Below are positions 60,884 to 64,000 of a stretch of 64,000 nt of DNA, in pieces. Each line of letters opens with the position of its first letter. Within the stretch, counting starts at the first letter, position 1. The notes beneath the pieces are model-generated. The model saw only the letters and a program-made list of their open reading frames with translations, had not been told where the DNA came from and did no database searches. Source of the stretch: a bacterium (GTDB taxonomy: Bacteria; Oederibacteriota; PGYV01; Palsa-1178); the NCBI GenBank assembly GCA_037138355.1, contig JBAXIL010000004.1, forward strand, positions 2,717 to 66,716, written 5' to 3'. The translations under genes and the position numbers were made by a program.

Positions 60884-61927
60884 TTAGACTATACTGTCTT
60901 CACCCTCGAACGAGAGTCTTCTCAAGACATCCAGTTGTTCTTCAAGCATCTTGCCAGCCCCAGTAACAACACAATCCTGTGGATTATCCGCAAGATGTAC
61001 TGGCACGCCTGTTTCGTCACGCAGTTTTAAATCAAAAGCTTTTAACTGCGAGCCGCCACCGGTTAAGACAATACCTTTGTCTATTATATCAGCTGCAAGT
61101 TCTGGTTTGGTCTGTTCGAGAGTATATTTGATTCCATCAATTATTTTATTTACTGTCTCTTCAAGTGCTATCGCCATTTCGTCAGATGTAACTCTAATAG
61201 TTCTTGGTAATCCTGTTGTCAAATCAGAACCCTTAACATCTGTTTCAAGTGTTTCTTCAAGCTTTTGGGCACAACCAATTTCTATTTTTATACGCTCTGC
61301 TGTTCTATCACCTATTGTTAGGTTATATGCTTTTTTTAAATATGCTACAATTGCATCGTCAAACTTATCTCCCGCAGTTCTGATAGAATTAAATACCACG
61401 AGTCCACCCATGGAAATAACAGCCACTTCAGTAGTTCCTCCACCGATATCCACTATCATATGTCCCACAGGATCTTCTACTGGAAGACCAGCACCTATTG
61501 CCGCTGCCATTGGTTCATCTATTAAATAAACTTCTCTGGCTCCTGCTTGTATGGCTGATTCTTTTACGGCTCTTTTTTCTACTGGTGTTACACCTTTTGG
61601 AACTGATATTGCTATGCGTGGATTTACCATAGAATGTCTGTTATGAACTTTTACAATAAAATATCTCAACATTTTTTCAGTGACATTAAAATCAGCAATA
61701 ACTCCGTCTTTCATCGGGCGTATAGCGAAAACATCTCCAGGAGTTTTTCCTACCATTTGTTTTGCCGCTTCTCCTACTGCAATTACTTCTCTATTCTTAT
61801 ATAGAGCCACAATTGATGGCTCTTTTAATACTATGCCTTTATTTTTTAGATAAACAAGCGTTGTGGCTGTTCCCAAATCAATCGCCATATCATTTGAAAA
61901 CATACCAAGTAACCAATCAAATATCAT
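60884..61927 (-). CDS. mreB: Rod shape-determining actin homolog MreB
   Basis: 347 aa. Actin/Hsp70 ATPase fold with MreB signature motifs ([21 protein letters not shown]). Confidence 0.95.
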   Translation of the reverse strand: MIFDWLLGMFSNDMAIDLGTATTLVYLKNKGIVLKEPSIVALYKNREVIAVGEAAKQMVGKTPGDVFAIRPMKDGVIADFNVTEKMLRYFIVKVHNRHSMVNPRIAISVPKGVTPVEKRAVKESAIQAGAREVYLIDEPMAAAIGAGLPVEDPVGHMIVDIGGGTTEVAVISMGGLVVFNSIRTAGDKFDDAIVAYLKKAYNLTIGDRTAERIKIEIGCAQKLEETLETDVKGSDLTTGLPRTIRVTSDEMAIALEETVNKIIDGIKYTLEQTKPELAADIIDKGIVLTGGGSQLKAFDLKLRDETGVPVHLADNPQDCVVTGAGKMLEEQLDVLRRLSFEGEDSIV

Positions 61928-62157
61928 TTTCTGGCCCCTTTCTTTTTTGTGGGCTTAACTGTTTTTTTCTTTAATCCCTTAACCAAAGGTTTTGAGAATA
62001 CTCTTTTATCTTCTTTACCAGGTGCTTCATCTTTTGATTTTTTTCCACCAAATAACTTATCTGTATCAAATCCGCCCCACTCTATCATACCCTGTAAAAC
62101 CACAAGTCCGATAAGAAGCAAAAGCAAGATAACTCCTATTATTACTCCAAGTACCAT
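61924..62157 (-). CDS. Small single-pass membrane protein with a Lys-rich cytoplasmic tail. Translationally coupled to mreB.
   Basis: 77 aa: [25 protein letters not shown] helix followed by a K-rich tail ([39 protein letters not shown]). Strong AGGAGG SD. ATGA overlap with the mreB start. Confidence 0.6.
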   Translation of the reverse strand: MVLGVIIGVILLLLLIGLVVLQGMIEWGGFDTDKLFGGKKSKDEAPGKEDKRVFSKPLVKGLKKKTVKPTKKKGARK

Positions 62158-62414
62158 CTTAAGACCTCCTAATTTTTTTTACCCATATATTTATGGTATT
62201 TATGAAAATACCAAGGGTTGTAAAATAACTTTCAAATTATAACAGAATATACAGCTTTATGCAATGTTTTTTCCATTTCTCTCTGTATTTTGCTGCTTAC
62301 TTTGGCTATTGTTTAGATAAATAACTCAATAAGCAAAATCAGTAAACTGCCTTAATTTAAAGAACGAATAAGGAAAAAGACGCCTAAACTAAAACTAATT
62401 AATGAAAATATTTA

Positions 62415-64000
62415 TCAAAACTTTTTAACAATCGTAAACTTCAATGTTTCTCTACTCGTTTCACCACTTACTTTATTTGCCTGCAACACTACTATATATA
62501 TGCCACTTGAAATATTCTTGCCTGACAATGTTTTTAAATCCCAATCCACAGAAGAAGACAATAAATCTGTCTCTATCTTTCTAATTAGCTCTCCTGCCAT
62601 ATTATATATGTAAACTTTCATTATTCCCTGTCCTGATGCTGTCCATTTTATTGTTGCCCTATTTACTGAAGCTCCTTCAAGCATAAAAGGATTTGGATAT
62701 ATTTTCACATCGCTTATACCACCTGTGGTTTTTGCGTTTATTATGGTGATATTCTTACTTGCCATAATCACCAAACCATTTGCCGTGGAGACTTCAACAT
62801 TCATTACATAAACTCCTGAATCAACCGTTCTACCTTGAGAATTATTTCCATCCCAAGAAATAAACTGACCCTGCGCATATTCAACCTGTATGTTCGTGTT
62901 TCCATTTCCCACAATCACAACATCCGACACTTTAAGTGCTGCTTGATTTATAGATGTTTTGTCAGCATTTATTACTCGCACCAATTCACCGGCGCTATTG
63001 TAAATTTTTAACTTCACATATTCCTGAAGAAATAATACTGTAATTTGTTTAATTATGGTATTTGTTAATCCATTCTTGTCGTGAACAGTAAACTCCATAA
63101 AATATGAACCCTGACTTACAATCTGTCCAGTTTCATTTGAACCATCCCAGTAAAAATTCGTGGCAATGGTCATTGGGTTATCACCACCTGTTTTTATCCC
63201 AGGTTGGATTTTGCTACTGTATGGATCAAAGGCATTTACATCTACCCCATTTACATATGTATAAACCGTATCTATATTTGCAACCGTGTGCATTTCACCA
63301 ATTGACTTAATTAGTTCTCCTGCAGAATTGTAAACATTTATATCCAGAACGAATAAATATGGGACCTCAGTTTCTGTAACGGTTGACGAGACTGTGAAAG
63401 TAGGGCTAATAGTAGCTGTACTTGTATATGTATAAGTTTGAGTCATAGTAATGGTTTTTGTATTAGTCGCTGTTAATGTTTTAGTGAAAGTTGCTGTAAT
63501 TGTATATGTATTTGTTTTTGTTGAAGTATTTGTAAATGTAGGCGAAATAGTAAATGTATTTGTCTCAGTATAAGTAAATGATATCGTACTCGTGTTAGTA
63601 AATGTTTTTGTAACTGTGGCTGTCACTGTATTAGTAACTGTATTGGTCGGAACATCTGTTTTTGTCGGCGAAGCAGTTTTAGTAGGCATATCAGTTCCCG
63701 TCATTGTACTTGTCATTGAAACTGTATTTGTAATTGTATTAGTCATAGTATTTGTCACAGTCTGAGTTATGGTACTTGTTAAAGTTTTTGTAAATGTATT
63801 TGTTGGCGAATTAGTTACAGTTGAAGTGTCAGTTGGTGTGTCAGTTTTAGTTGAAGTATCTGTTGGTGTATCAGTTGCAGTCGAAGTATCTGTTGGGGTA
63901 TCAGTTGAAGTTGAAGTGTCTGTTGGTGTATCAGTAGCTGTTGAAGTATCTGTTGGTGTATCAGTAGCAGTATCTGTAACTGTATATGTATCCGTCACTG
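62415..64000 (-). CDS. Secreted Thr-rich repeat protein with FlgD-Ig-like domains and a T9SS-type C-terminal sorting domain. Partial: the N-terminus lies beyond the window.
   Basis: At least 527 aa. Tandem TDTPTDTSTA decapeptide repeats, then an alternating T-x-T-x tract. Three NSAGELxxxI FlgD-Ig-like modules. C-terminal KIYPNPF...IYIVVL...LKFTIVKKF tail resembling the Por_Secre_tail CTD. Confidence 0.75.
   Translation of the reverse strand, partial: VTDTYTVTDTATDTPTDTSTATDTPTDTSTSTDTPTDTSTATDTPTDTSTKTDTPTDTSTVTNSPTNTFTKTLTSTITQTVTNTMTNTITNTVSMTSTMTGTDMPTKTASPTKTDVPTNTVTNTVTATVTKTFTNTSTISFTYTETNTFTISPTFTNTSTKTNTYTITATFTKTLTATNTKTITMTQTYTYTSTATISPTFTVSSTVTETEVPYLFVLDINVYNSAGELIKSIGEMHTVANIDTVYTYVNGVDVNAFDPYSSKIQPGIKTGGDNPMTIATNFYWDGSNETGQIVSQGSYFMEFTVHDKNGLTNTIIKQITVLFLQEYVKLKIYNSAGELVRVINADKTSINQAALKVSDVVIVGNGNTNIQVEYAQGQFISWDGNNSQGRTVDSGVYVMNVEVSTANGLVIMASKNITIINAKTTGGISDVKIYPNPFMLEGASVNRATIKWTASGQGIMKVYIYNMAGELIRKIETDLLSSSVDWDLKTLSGKNISSGIYIVVLQANKVSGETSRETLKFTIVKKF
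63820..63969. repeat. Five tandem copies of a 30-bp coding repeat (continues past the window edge)
   Basis: Units gttgaagtatctgttggtgtatcagtngcn at 63820, 63850, 63880, 63910 and 63940. They encode the TDTPTDTSTA repeats of the T9SS cargo protein. Confidence 0.85.

Noticed and set aside
60951-61529. 192-aa plus-strand ORF antisense to mreB
   Set aside because: Overlaps a highly conserved gene. Composition (P/S/A/T-rich) reflects the reverse complement of Gly/Ala-rich MreB codons.
63820-63969. 30-bp tandem repeats considered as a possible CRISPR array
   Set aside because: The repeats are directly adjacent without spacers and are in frame in a coding sequence (TDTPTDTSTA units). They are not a CRISPR array.
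1-64000. tRNA, rRNA, tmRNA or SRP RNA genes
   Set aside because: All intergenic regions over 100 bp (253-392, 8496-8826, 25583-25897, 37202-37473, 43510-43744, 53969-54129, 62158-62414) are AT-rich. They lack the GC-rich acceptor and anticodon stem patterns or conserved RNA motifs. None was found by eye.

Overview
This 64 kb window is an AT-rich, very gene-dense chromosomal segment from a diderm (LPS-containing) anaerobic bacterium. About 58 of 62 genes lie on the minus strand. The whole window has the character of a housekeeping core. It carries no rRNA, tRNA, CRISPR array, transposase or integrase, and no standalone prophage-like or dedicated anti-phage gene cluster; the lone HNH gene is considered in the findings. 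I recognise the following blocks, listed in minus-strand transcription order from the high-coordinate end.

- 62415..64000: a partial secreted repeat protein carrying a T9SS-type C-terminal sorting domain.
- 56602..62157: mreB-mreC-mreD-mrdA-rodA, preceded by a small K-rich membrane protein.
- 54130..56600: rng and hldD.
- 47720..53968: pta-ackA followed by iorB-paaK-ACT-iorA, an aromatic/branched amino-acid fermentation module.
- 45398..47604: murJ and a small predicted outer-membrane protein.
- 43745..45376: pgi.
- 42347..43690: infC (AUU start)-rpmI-rplT, with a promoter, leader and leader terminator.
- 37474..42141: a glycosylation-like operon encoding a PMT/ArnT-like GT-C glycosyltransferase with a C-terminal PA14 domain, a Dpm1/GtrB-like GT2, a UPF0104 flippase-like membrane protein and a cyclophilin.
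- 27380..37412: the pyrimidine operon pyrR-pyrB-pyrC-carA-carB-pyrK-(opposite-strand lipoprotein)-pyrD, with a PyrR attenuator leader.
- 26524..27378: an M23 peptidase.
- 25898..26479 (plus strand): an HNH endonuclease.
- 10896..25543: the bamA-skp-lpxD-lpxC-fabZ-lpxA-lpxI lipid A cluster, followed directly by a DegT-family aminotransferase, smc, ftsY, recJ and a small secreted protein.
- 8827..10888 (plus strand): a MATE exporter and nth.
- 1..8495: yceD-rpmF-plsX-fabH-fabD-fabG-acpP-fabF-rnc-(acyl-CoA dehydrogenase)-etfB. Here rnc lacks a canonical start codon, and its stop codon overlaps the start codon of the dehydrogenase gene.

LPS genes, BamA/Skp, a T9SS C-terminal domain, FlgD-Ig-like repeats, Bcd/Etf and Ior/PaaK chemistry together suggest an amino-acid-fermenting member of the FCB superphylum, perhaps Cloacimonadota-like. 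That placement is low-confidence inference.

The most interesting locus is the GT-C(PA14)/GT2/UPF0104/PPIase operon. It looks like a polyprenyl-phosphate-sugar-dependent periplasmic glycosylation system of unknown target.
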